In this document: piece after piece, positions 15,106-23,381 of the stretch
How positions within the stretch are numbered: the first letter of the stretch is position 1
Layout of the letters: each line of letters starts with the position of its first letter
Origin: an uncultured Candidatus Saccharibacteria bacterium
GTDB taxonomy: Bacteria > Patescibacteriota > Minisyncoccia > Phycocordibacterales > Phycocordibacteraceae
Assembly: GCA_964415875.1 (NCBI GenBank)
Contig: CAYQCB010000011.1
Span: 1 to 24,000 of the forward strand
Reading direction: 5' to 3'
Length of the DNA stretch: 24,000 nucleotides
Program-made: the position numbers and the translations under genes
The notes under the pieces: model-generated
What the model was told of the DNA's origin: nothing
Databases searched by the model: none
What the model saw: only the letters and a program-made list of their open reading frames with translations

Positions 15106-15191
15106 GTATTTTCTATATCCACGCGTTTGCGCAAAAGCCGACTTTTTAAGGGTATACTGTCTGCATTATCCCCACTTAGCTTACCGACTTC

Positions 15192-15668
15192 ATGTTTAGA
15201 GACTCTGCCAATTTCATCAGCCGCTACTTCTACCGTCAACCAGCTGGCATGTTTTTCCTCAGGCTTGTTACGGGTTTGATTTTCATTATGCATGGTCTCA
15301 TGAAGCTGCAGTCGCCCGAGATGATGGCGGGTTTCTTTGGTACTCTTGGACTTCACCCCGCTCTTTTCTGGGTGTGGGCAATAGGACTGCTTGAAGTGGT
15401 GGGAGGCGCAGCGCTTATCCTAGGCGTTGCAGCGCGCGTCTTTGGCGGGCTGCTTGCCATAGAAATGATTGCGGCCATTTTCCTTACGGGTCTTGGCAGA
15501 GGGTTTGGTGCGCATGAGTTTGAACTCTTGCTGGCAGTTGCTGCACTTGCTATAGGGCTCTCAGGTAGCGGACGCTGGTCGCTCTACAATCACAGTTGTG
15601 TGCGATGCGGTGGAGTCTTTTGCAATGGCGACACCTGTGTCGTCGCTGTAAGCGAAGAAGTGGTGTAA
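15192..15668 (+). CDS. DoxX-family membrane protein
   Basis: FFLRLVTGLIFIMHGLMKL plus four TM segments is typical of DoxX. The C-terminus is Cys-rich (CVRCGGVFCNGDTC). A TATACT box lies at 15153-15158. Confidence 0.75.
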   Translation: MFRDSANFISRYFYRQPAGMFFLRLVTGLIFIMHGLMKLQSPEMMAGFFGTLGLHPALFWVWAIGLLEVVGGAALILGVAARVFGGLLAIEMIAAIFLTGLGRGFGAHEFELLLAVAALAIGLSGSGRWSLYNHSCVRCGGVFCNGDTCVVAVSEEVV

Positions 15669-15710
15669 CGCTCCTTGTGGAATTGAGCTGGTACACAGGC
15701 GGTAAAAAGT

Positions 15711-16004
15711 ATGGATCCTGAACTGAGACGCGCACTTAGCGATCTACACGCGCTCACCAAAGACAATCACCGCATGCTGCGAGCAATTCGTCGCGAGTAC
15801 TGGTTTGGGGTGGTAGGTCGCATCGTAATCTGGGTGCTGGTACTAGCGTTGCCACTGTTCTTGTACCAACAATACGTGGGGCCAATCGTCTCAAACTATC
15901 TCGCTGCAGTGGGCGCCAAGCCCTCAGGCCCTTTTGGATTCCCGACTTCCACTGATATTCAAAAGCTGCTAGACTCAATGAGAGTGGGCACCACGAGCCC
16001 ATAG
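15711..16004 (+). CDS. Hypothetical small membrane protein, 97 aa
   Basis: A single TM segment (VVGRIVIWVLVLALPLFLY) is present. I recognise no family. Confidence 0.5.
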   Translation: MDPELRRALSDLHALTKDNHRMLRAIRREYWFGVVGRIVIWVLVLALPLFLYQQYVGPIVSNYLAAVGAKPSGPFGFPTSTDIQKLLDSMRVGTTSP

Positions 16005-16006
16005 AC

Positions 16007-16079
16007 GCTTGGATAGCTCAGTTGGTAGAGCATTCCCCTGAAGAGGGAAGGGTCGTCGGTTCGAGCCCGACTCCAAGCA
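16007..16079 (+). tRNA. tRNA-Phe, anticodon GAA, no encoded CCA
   Basis: Manual cloverleaf: GCTTGGA TA GCTC AGTTGGTA GAGC A TTCCC CTGAAGA GGGAA GGGTC GTCGG TTCGAGC CCGAC TCCAAGC A. Confidence 0.92.
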
Positions 16080-16084
16080 CAGTC

Positions 16085-17170
16085 ATGGTACGAAAGCTCT
16101 TTGCCCTTCTCAGCCGATACGAGCGACACCTCTCTGCCGCTGCGATGGTGGGCGGCTTTGTGCTCGACAACCTTTACTTTGGTCGGATCGACGTGTGGCG
16201 TACGCAGATGCTGTTCGCCATCTACACTGGCGTGTGTGTGGTCTCAATGCTTGCCCTGCACGCCATAGAGACGCGCGCTGCGCGCGGCAAGGCACGCCCG
16301 CGATGGCGTCCGCTGCTCCCCATCGCCACACAATTTGCGCTCGGAGGGTTTTGGAGCGGTTTTGTGATTTTCTACGGACGCAGTGCCGTCTTTTCTGCGT
16401 CGTGGCCATTTATGTTGGTACTTCTCGCCATTTTTCTTGCGAATGAATACTTTTCGAAATATCACGAACGGCTTGTCTTTACGAGTATTTTGTTTTTCTT
16501 CGCATTGTATTCCTACGCAGTTTTCGCAGTGCCGATATACACCGGAAAGTTGGGAGCACTGTCATTTATAGAAAGCGGAGCCGTTGCGGTGGCAGCGTTT
16601 GCGCTCTTTGCGCTTCTGCTACGCCTCGTCGGGAAAGATCGCTTTAAGGCAGACTTGCGGCGCATACGCACGGGGGCAATTATTGTGTTGCTGGTATTCA
16701 ACATTTCATATTTTACGAATATTCTCCCGCCGCTGCCGCTTGCGGCAAAGGCTGCAGGTGTGTACCACGGCGTGTGGAGAGTGCCAGGAGCCTACTTGGC
16801 TTCTACGGAGGACCAGTCCTGGGAAGTGCGGTACCTGGGTCTTGCACCGACGCTACACGTGGTCTCTGGCGAATCGCTCTACGCGTATACGTCGGTTTTT
16901 GCACCGACAACACTGACCACGACGATCGTGCACCGCTGGCAGTGGTATGACCCTGTGGCAAAAAAATGGATCACAAAAGCCGCCGTGACGTACCCCATTG
17001 TGGGTGGGCGAGACGGCGGGTACAAAGGCTACTCCGCCGCGCTAGTGACGGTTGAGGGGTCGTGGAGAGTCGATGTGGAGACAGACGATGGCAGACTCAT
17101 TGCGCGGTTACCGTTTACTGTTGTGCAAAGCCAGCTCCCACCCGTGGAGACCACTATTACCCTTGAGTAG
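16085..17170 (+). CDS. Membrane protein with a multi-TM N-terminal half and a DUF2914-like C-terminal beta domain
   Basis: The track ORF start at 16022 lies inside tRNA-Phe, so ATG 16085 (MVRKLFALL) is used. About 6 TM segments are followed by IVHRWQWYDPVAKKW...GGYKGYS...WRVDVETDDGRLIARLPF. Confidence 0.6.
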   Translation: MVRKLFALLSRYERHLSAAAMVGGFVLDNLYFGRIDVWRTQMLFAIYTGVCVVSMLALHAIETRAARGKARPRWRPLLPIATQFALGGFWSGFVIFYGRSAVFSASWPFMLVLLAIFLANEYFSKYHERLVFTSILFFFALYSYAVFAVPIYTGKLGALSFIESGAVAVAAFALFALLLRLVGKDRFKADLRRIRTGAIIVLLVFNISYFTNILPPLPLAAKAAGVYHGVWRVPGAYLASTEDQSWEVRYLGLAPTLHVVSGESLYAYTSVFAPTTLTTTIVHRWQWYDPVAKKWITKAAVTYPIVGGRDGGYKGYSAALVTVEGSWRVDVETDDGRLIARLPFTVVQSQLPPVETTITLE

Positions 17171-17252
17171 CTACGCGCAACTAGTCTCGTGCTGAGAAAT
17201 ATATGAGTTAACGAAACCCATATATTCACGTAGCCGCTCTGCTCAGAGCGCA

Positions 17253-17771
17253 CTAGCCAGCTTTCACACGTAGTTTAGTCTGGCGTGCTTTGTCTAGTTT
17301 TGGCATGATAATGGTCACGAGGCCGTCTTTTGCGGCTGCGGATGAGTTTTCCACGTCTACTTCTTGCGGAAGAAGTATTTTTCGTGCAAAAGATCCCCAA
17401 AAAAGTTCGCGTATGAAAAAATCGTCAGTCGACACCTGTTCACGCTCACTGCGTGAACCACTTATTTCAACCATGTCTCGGCTGATAGAAATGCTCAGCT
17501 CGTCAGGACGTACTCCCGCTACAAAGGCGCGGATAACAATGTCGCTGCCGGTCTGGTGTACGTCTACTGGCAACTCAGGCTCGTTTCCGAGCTTATCCTC
17601 TTCTAGCGTGGGGCGGTGCTGCATGAGTTCCTGTGCGCCCGTGCTCTCATGCCGCTCCGGTATGGTTGCAAGCGGCAGATCCTCGTCAAACGAATCGTAA
17701 AGGTCGTTTGACGAGTGACTGCTGCCGGTGAGGCGATCGAAAAATGAGCGTTTCGTATTCATGCTTAGCAA
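17253..17771 (-). CDS. Small heat-shock protein, Hsp20/alpha-crystallin family
   Basis: The alpha-crystallin domain reads PVDVHQTGSDIVIRAFVAGVRPDELSISISRDMVEISGSR...GSFARKILLPQEVD...AAAKDGLVTIIMPK. Confidence 0.85.
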   Translation of the reverse strand: MLSMNTKRSFFDRLTGSSHSSNDLYDSFDEDLPLATIPERHESTGAQELMQHRPTLEEDKLGNEPELPVDVHQTGSDIVIRAFVAGVRPDELSISISRDMVEISGSRSEREQVSTDDFFIRELFWGSFARKILLPQEVDVENSSAAAKDGLVTIIMPKLDKARQTKLRVKAG

Positions 17772-18469
17772 GTATTAGGGGGGAGATTTCGGTAGCGGAA
17801 AAACTTGAGTACTTCAAACGCAGCGAACACGGCAACGACGGCGCTCCACACTAGGAAAAAAGCCGTGAGCGAGTGCGTCCCGCTTGCATTCATGATAATA
17901 GCGTTGAACGTAGTGTGCAACGTGATGGCGAGGATAAGTCCAAACGCTGCGGCAAGAACTCGCTCAAACGGTCTTGCTCCTGCCGAGAAAGCAAGCGAGA
18001 AGCCGACGGCAGCAGAGGCTGCCACGTGCAGCAGGGTGGAGCCAAGAAAGCGCAGGTCGCTTACGTTTAGCCCGGTCGTGATGTTGCCCGAGAGTAGTGG
18101 CGAGAGCACGAAGAGTGTGTTTTCCGCTGCAGCGAAACCGAGCGCTACGGTGATCATGTAAATGACATAATCAGGGCTCTCATCGACTGCAGAGAGCCAG
18201 AAAATAAAGACGGCTGCCATCGCGTATTTTAGAAACTCCTCAATGGTTGCCCAAGCAATGACTACAGAGAACTGATTATGGAATAGTGTCGCCGCGTACT
18301 GTTCGGGGAAAACGGCGAGAGCCACTGCCGCCATGCCCACAATAAAAGCGAGTGCAATGGCTCCGCGCGGTTCGGGGCAGCGCGTATCTTCTCTCAAGAG
18401 CAGGTACAGCCAGATGAAGGAGGGTAGAAAACCGCCGATAAATACATAGCCGAGAGTGGAAAGAGTCAC
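17765..18469 (-). CDS. prsW: PrsW-family intramembrane metalloprotease
   Basis: It has multiple TM segments with EEFLKY and HTTFN motifs, matching the E-E-x-x-K and H-x-x-x-N/D pattern of PrsW. Its stop overlaps the hsp20 start by 7 nt. Confidence 0.7.
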   Translation of the reverse strand: MTLSTLGYVFIGGFLPSFIWLYLLLREDTRCPEPRGAIALAFIVGMAAVALAVFPEQYAATLFHNQFSVVIAWATIEEFLKYAMAAVFIFWLSAVDESPDYVIYMITVALGFAAAENTLFVLSPLLSGNITTGLNVSDLRFLGSTLLHVAASAAVGFSLAFSAGARPFERVLAAAFGLILAITLHTTFNAIIMNASGTHSLTAFFLVWSAVVAVFAAFEVLKFFRYRNLPPNTC

Positions 18470-18519
18470 TGCTGTATTCTACCCCACTCAGGGGTCGATT
18501 TTCCGTAGCGCAAGGAGAG

Positions 18520-20739
18520 TTATTTTTTTTCGGTCGGCCACGCAGCGACCATGAGGAAGCGCGCGTCTTTTTGTGGCAACGACTGCCAGATTTCTTCAGT
18601 GACGAATGGCATGAAGGGGTGGAGGAGGCGAAGCGTGATGTCGAGAAGGTGCAGGAGGAGTGCTTTTCGAGACGCCTTTGCCGCTTCGTCAGTTCCAGCA
18701 AGAATCGGCTTCGATTCCTCAACGATTTTGTCTGCAAGCTCGTGCCACGCGTAGTGGTAGAGTTTTTCAGCAGCGAGGTAGATGCGGAATTCCTCCATGT
18801 CTTTGGTGACGTCTGCGACAATTTCGTTAAGTGCTGTTTTGTGTGCTTCGTCTGCGGCCGTGAGTGTCGCATCCATATATGCACCCTGGCTATTTTCCAG
18901 CACGAAGCGAGAAATGTTCCACAGCTTGTTAGCAAAGCGACTGTAGCCGCGGATTTTTTCCTCGCTAATGCGCAAGTCGGTGCCCGGCGTGTTGCCCACC
19001 ACGAGCGCCATACGCGCAGCGTCTGCTCCGAATCTCTTTGATATATCGATAGGATCAAGGTTGTTGCCGAGCGACTTGCTCATCTTGCGCCCTTGCGCGT
19101 CGCGCACCAGGCCGTGGAGGTAGACTGTTTTAAAAGGAATGTCGTTCAAGGCAAACTCGGTCATAAGAATCATGCGGGCCACCCAGAACGGTAAAATATC
19201 ATAGCCGGTTTCGAGTACGTCAGTTGGCGTATAAGTACGGAAATCTTCAGTATCATCAGGCCACCCAAACGTGGAGAAAGTCCAGAGGCCGGAAGAAAAC
19301 CACGTATCGAGCGTGTCCTCGTCTTGCGTCCAACCACTCTCTGCTGGCTCGACGCCGACTTGCACTTCTTCGCCGCGATACCAAACGGGGATGCGGTGCC
19401 CGTACCAAATTTGGCGGCTGATGCACCAGTCGCGGAGATTTTCTATCCAGTGCATGTAAGTCTTCTCAAAGTAGTCAGGTACGAACTGAATACCTTTAAC
19501 ACGTACCGCGTCCAGCATCAGCTCTTTGAGTGATTTGCCGCGGCCGGGGATTTTCTTGTTCACATCAATAAACCACTGCAGTTTAATCTGGGGCTCGATC
19601 ATGCCAGTGGTGCGCTCCGCCGTTGCCACGTTGTGCGTGTAGGGCTCTTCTTTTACGAGCAGGCCCTTTTCACGCATTTTTTCCACAATCGCTTTACGAG
19701 CGTCGGCGATTTTCATGCCGGCAAACTCGCCCGCTATCGGGAGCATTTTGCCGTACTCGTCGATGACCTGCTCTTTTTCTAGGTTATGACGCTCAGCTAT
19801 TTCGAAGTCCTCCACGCTGTGCCAAGGTGTGATCGTCATAACGCCCGTACCAAACTCTCGGTCGATGACGTCGTCTTTGATGACCGTTGCCGTGATGGGG
19901 CCGTTTATCCACTCTACTTCGAGCTTATCGCCCTCTTTCCACTTCTCGTAGCGCGGATCCTCCGGGTGCATGACGACGTACTTGTCACCAAACTTCGTCT
20001 CGGGTCGAGACGTACCAATGGTGAAGGGCCCATACTTCAAATAGTAAAAGGTGGTCTGCTCCTCTTGGTAGACGATCTCGTCGTCGGAGATGGTGGTCTG
20101 GCCTTTCGGGTCCCAGTTCACGATGCGGTGGCCGCGGTAAATAAGCCCGGCGTCATACATGCGTTTAAAAATAGTGCGCACCGCGCGACTACGCACTTCG
20201 TCGAGGGTGAAGGTCTCGCGTGACCAGTCGAGTGAGGCGCCCATCGCTTCCACTTGGCCGATGATGGTGTCGTGGCTCTCTGCGGCAAAGGCATGAATGC
20301 GCTTCAAGAGCTCGTCGCGGCCAAGATCGTGGCGGTTTTTGTCTTCTTCTTTTTTAATTTTCTTCTCGACTACTGACTGTGTGGCAATGGCTGCGTGGTC
20401 GGTGCCAGGGAGCCACAGAGTGCGCTTGCCGCGCATGCGGTTAAAGCGAATGAGGGCGTCCTGAAGCGAGAGCATAAGCCCGTGGCCCATGTGGAGGCGG
20501 CCGGTGACGTTTGGCGGCGGAAGGACTATTGAGTAGGCCTCAGCGTCGGCTTTTGTGACACCCGCCTTTATGCACTCGTCAGGATTAAAAAGACCGCTTT
20601 CTTTCCAGGCGGCGTAGGTGCGCGCTTCAGTGGCTGCGCTGTCGTAGGGCTTTAGGAATTTTTCGTCCACTCCGTTAGAAACACCGTGCGCGCTCGTTGA
20701 GGGGGAGTTTTCTGTGTCGTTGTTTCTAACGGAGTCCAT
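18520..20739 (-). CDS. valS: Valine--tRNA ligase, short form of 739 aa
   Basis: The sequence contains PPPNVTGRLHMGHG (HIGH region), KMSKSLGN (KMSKS), and editing-domain blocks (TGVMTITPWHS). Confidence 0.92.
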   Translation of the reverse strand: MDSVRNNDTENSPSTSAHGVSNGVDEKFLKPYDSAATEARTYAAWKESGLFNPDECIKAGVTKADAEAYSIVLPPPNVTGRLHMGHGLMLSLQDALIRFNRMRGKRTLWLPGTDHAAIATQSVVEKKIKKEEDKNRHDLGRDELLKRIHAFAAESHDTIIGQVEAMGASLDWSRETFTLDEVRSRAVRTIFKRMYDAGLIYRGHRIVNWDPKGQTTISDDEIVYQEEQTTFYYLKYGPFTIGTSRPETKFGDKYVVMHPEDPRYEKWKEGDKLEVEWINGPITATVIKDDVIDREFGTGVMTITPWHSVEDFEIAERHNLEKEQVIDEYGKMLPIAGEFAGMKIADARKAIVEKMREKGLLVKEEPYTHNVATAERTTGMIEPQIKLQWFIDVNKKIPGRGKSLKELMLDAVRVKGIQFVPDYFEKTYMHWIENLRDWCISRQIWYGHRIPVWYRGEEVQVGVEPAESGWTQDEDTLDTWFSSGLWTFSTFGWPDDTEDFRTYTPTDVLETGYDILPFWVARMILMTEFALNDIPFKTVYLHGLVRDAQGRKMSKSLGNNLDPIDISKRFGADAARMALVVGNTPGTDLRISEEKIRGYSRFANKLWNISRFVLENSQGAYMDATLTAADEAHKTALNEIVADVTKDMEEFRIYLAAEKLYHYAWHELADKIVEESKPILAGTDEAAKASRKALLLHLLDITLRLLHPFMPFVTEEIWQSLPQKDARFLMVAAWPTEKK

Positions 20740-20768
20740 TACCTATAGAATATAGCAAAATGCAGCGT

Positions 20769-21935
20769 TTACGCGAGTGAGCGGTTGCCGGAGGCGCGAA
20801 TGGTCTCCCGGTCTGCAAAGTCTTTCCGAAGGGCGCGAAAGTAGCCCGCGAGGCCAATCATGATGGCGTTGTCGGTGGAGAGCTGTTGCGTAGGAATGTG
20901 GAGCTGCACGTCTGTGCGCTCTACCAGTGCTTCGGCAAATGAGTTGCGCAAGTGCGCATTTGCACACACGCCGCCCCCAATGGCGAGCGAGTGCGCGCCG
21001 GTCTCGTCGAGTGCGCGCAGCGTTTTTTTAAGCAAAACGTCAACGACGGCATCTTCAAATCCTCGAGCAATGTCTTCTTTTTGCTCGTCGGAAAGGTCGC
21101 CGCTGGTGTATTTACGCATTTCGGTTTTAAGACCGGAGAAGGAAAAATCAAAATTGTCCTGGTCGAGCATGGGTCGAGGGAAATGGTATTCGCTTTTTGC
21201 AGCGCGTTCGCGTGACCTTGCTGCAAGTTTTGAAATCTCCGGGCCGCCTGGGTAGGGAAGGCCGAGCTGCCGCGCAACCTTGTCAAACGCTTCTCCCACA
21301 GCGTCGTCGCGTGTTTGTCCGACGAGCTCGTAGGAAAGCCACTTGCGCATAAGCACGAGCTCGGTGTGGCCGCCAGAGACCAGGAGCGCAAGCACAGGAA
21401 GGGCAACATCTGAAATAGCGATGCGGTCGTCTGCGTGCCTGGCGAGTGCGGCAACGATGTGCCCTTCCATGTGGTTTGTAGAAACGAGCGGCTTGTTCCA
21501 TACAAGAGAAAGTGCAACTGCAAAGTTTACGCCGACCCAAAGCGCTGGCTCGAGTCCGGGGCCTGCGGTCACAGCGATGGCGTCTATTTCAGGAGGTTCA
21601 ATTTCCGTAATGAAATTAAAAAACTGCTCTTCAAGTCCCGGTTCTCGTTCAAGAATAGTCGCAATACGATCGCGCACCTCACTCGACAAGGCCTGTGTGT
21701 CTTCGTGCACAAGATCTGCTTCGGAAAGTGCCGCCTCAAGCAAAGGGACTATGTTCTTGGCGTGTTCTCGCTTAGCGAGTGCGGGGAAAACGCCACCGAA
21801 CTCTCGGTGCAACTCTATCTGGGAAAGCAAGGCATTCCCCCGGACGCGAAAACTGGCGCCGTGCTCATCACCTGAACACTCGAGCACGGCGACTGCCGTC
21901 TCGTCGCAGCTGGTCTCAATAGCAAGTATGCGCAT
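20769..21935 (-). CDS. tsaD: tRNA N6-adenosine threonylcarbamoyltransferase TsaD (Kae1/Qri7 family)
   Basis: MRILAIETSCDETAVAVLE, NHMEGH, LLVSGGHTEL and GGVCAN match the TsaD pattern. Confidence 0.9.
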   Translation of the reverse strand: MRILAIETSCDETAVAVLECSGDEHGASFRVRGNALLSQIELHREFGGVFPALAKREHAKNIVPLLEAALSEADLVHEDTQALSSEVRDRIATILEREPGLEEQFFNFITEIEPPEIDAIAVTAGPGLEPALWVGVNFAVALSLVWNKPLVSTNHMEGHIVAALARHADDRIAISDVALPVLALLVSGGHTELVLMRKWLSYELVGQTRDDAVGEAFDKVARQLGLPYPGGPEISKLAARSRERAAKSEYHFPRPMLDQDNFDFSFSGLKTEMRKYTSGDLSDEQKEDIARGFEDAVVDVLLKKTLRALDETGAHSLAIGGGVCANAHLRNSFAEALVERTDVQLHIPTQQLSTDNAIMIGLAGYFRALRKDFADRETIRASGNRSLA

Positions 21936-21954
21936 ATGTGGGTATTATACTCGT

Positions 21955-22515
21955 ATGCTACGAAATGACCTCCTGTGTTGGATTGACCTCGAAGTGACGT
22001 CGCTGCGCGACGCGCGCACCGACCAAATTATAGAAATTGCCGTTCTGCTGACGGATAGGGATCTGAAGGTAGTTGCTGAGGGTCCGGACATTGTGATACA
22101 CGCTGATCCGCAGCTTTTTGAAGGCATACCTGAGTCTACTCGCCTGCTTCACGAAAGGAGCGGCATTATGGCTGAGGTTGCAAAGAGTACCGTTACGGTA
22201 AAAGAGGCAGAAGCTGTGGTGTTGGCTTTCGTGTCAGAGTACGCCGTGCCGGGAACGATGCCGCTTTGTGGAAATTCAATCCACATGGACCGACATTTTC
22301 TGCGACTCCACATGCGCGCTCTCGACGACTTTCTGTTCTATCGATGCATTGATGTCTCGACCATAAAAGAGCTTGCCAGGCGTTGGGCACCAGAGCTCTA
22401 CGAAGAAGCACAGACACAAAAAGGAAAAAGCGAACATCGCGCCCTCGACGACATTCGTGCCTCAGTGCGAGAGCTCGCCTTTTATCGCACAAAGCTTTTT
22501 GCCGAAAACGCGTAG
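21955..22515 (+). CDS. orn: Oligoribonuclease (DEDDh 3'-5' exonuclease)
   Basis: LLCWIDLEVTSL, GNSIHMDRHFL and HRALDDIRASVRELAFYR are present. The track ORF start at 21343 is an antisense artefact over tsaD, so ATG 21955 is used. Confidence 0.88.
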   Translation: MLRNDLLCWIDLEVTSLRDARTDQIIEIAVLLTDRDLKVVAEGPDIVIHADPQLFEGIPESTRLLHERSGIMAEVAKSTVTVKEAEAVVLAFVSEYAVPGTMPLCGNSIHMDRHFLRLHMRALDDFLFYRCIDVSTIKELARRWAPELYEEAQTQKGKSEHRALDDIRASVRELAFYRTKLFAENA

Positions 22516-22520
22516 CGGTT

Positions 22521-23378
22521 TTACTCCTCAACTTCAACCCAAGGTACCGGGTGACCAAGGGGAATAAAAAACCCGGCGCTGCCTGCGTGACCACCTCCGC
22601 CATACTTTGCGGCTAGTGTAGACACGTCTACTGAGCCGTCACTGCGAATGGAAACACCGAAGCCGTCGGGGTGCGCGGAAACGACAAGTGCAATTGGTGG
22701 TAGTTTTTTATACAGCAGGCTACCGATGTGCGAACGCATGGTAATTGACGGAAGTGAGTTTGCGAACAAGCACTCAATGTCTTCAAAACGCACTTTTTTT
22801 GCAGCTTCAACGGCAATGGCACAGAGTTTTTCGTATTGATCGCGATAGGTTGCTGCAGTTGTGAGAAAGGCGTCGCGCTTCGTATCGTCGTCGAGCGTGT
22901 GTGCCAGGTCGTCCCACACGTGGAAGTCGTATGGCTGCGTAATGAGGTACGTCATGACGTTTGCCGTTTCGGGAAGGGCAAAGCGATACAAGTCGCCGTC
23001 TTCCAAGTATTTGAGAAGGAGCGGCGTCGGCGTCTCTGGATGAAAAAAAGACCAGGCGATGGTGGCGCCGGAACGATTGTTGTCAAACGTGTGCTCGGGC
23101 GCCGCCTCAACGAGCGCCTGTGAGCTTTCATGGTGGTCGAGTGCGACAAGGCGTTTTGCAGTTTTTGCCAGCTCTTCCATGGCACCTTCGTGTTCGAAAA
23201 TGAAGTCCAAGATGTAGACTTCTTTGCCTGCAAGTCCTTCCGGCACCGGGTCGCCGTAACCGGCTTCGAGGTATGTTGCGTTGTCGCCAAACACTTTCCA
23301 TGCGGCGTATGCTGCACCAAATCCGTCTGGGCAGCGCTTGTGATAGATGACGACAATATCTTTTTCAGGCATGAGCAC
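22521..23378 (-). CDS. DHH/DHHA1-family phosphoesterase (NrnB-like nanoRNase or pAp phosphatase candidate)
   Basis: The motifs are YHKRCPDGFGAA (motifs I-II), ALDHHES (DHH) and GGGGHAGSAGF (DHHA1 GGGH). Confidence 0.75.
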   Translation of the reverse strand: MLMPEKDIVVIYHKRCPDGFGAAYAAWKVFGDNATYLEAGYGDPVPEGLAGKEVYILDFIFEHEGAMEELAKTAKRLVALDHHESSQALVEAAPEHTFDNNRSGATIAWSFFHPETPTPLLLKYLEDGDLYRFALPETANVMTYLITQPYDFHVWDDLAHTLDDDTKRDAFLTTAATYRDQYEKLCAIAVEAAKKVRFEDIECLFANSLPSITMRSHIGSLLYKKLPPIALVVSAHPDGFGVSIRSDGSVDVSTLAAKYGGGGHAGSAGFFIPLGHPVPWVEVEE

Positions 23379-23381
23379 AGT

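Larger units (their letters stand above)
11341..15110 (-). mobile_element. Putative horizontally acquired island next to tRNA-Arg(CCU): orphan minus-strand operon with no recombinase
   Basis: The island starts immediately after the tRNA. Its codon style changes, with G/C at most third positions. Its genes have strong AGGAG(G) SDs, whereas backbone genes mostly lack an SD. All of its ORFs are unrecognisable to me. The right boundary is approximate (the tandem promoters at 14999-15105). Confidence 0.55.

Noticed and set aside
15214-15220. Second CUGAUGA on the minus strand, as a possible partner hammerhead at the other island end
   Set aside because: It is inside the DoxX coding sequence. No stem II hairpin followed by GAAA comes after it.
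21343-21954. N-terminal 204 codons of the 390-aa plus-strand track ORF
   Set aside because: This part is antisense to tsaD and has low-complexity Ser/Ala/Arg composition. Recognisable Orn sequence begins only at ATG 21955.
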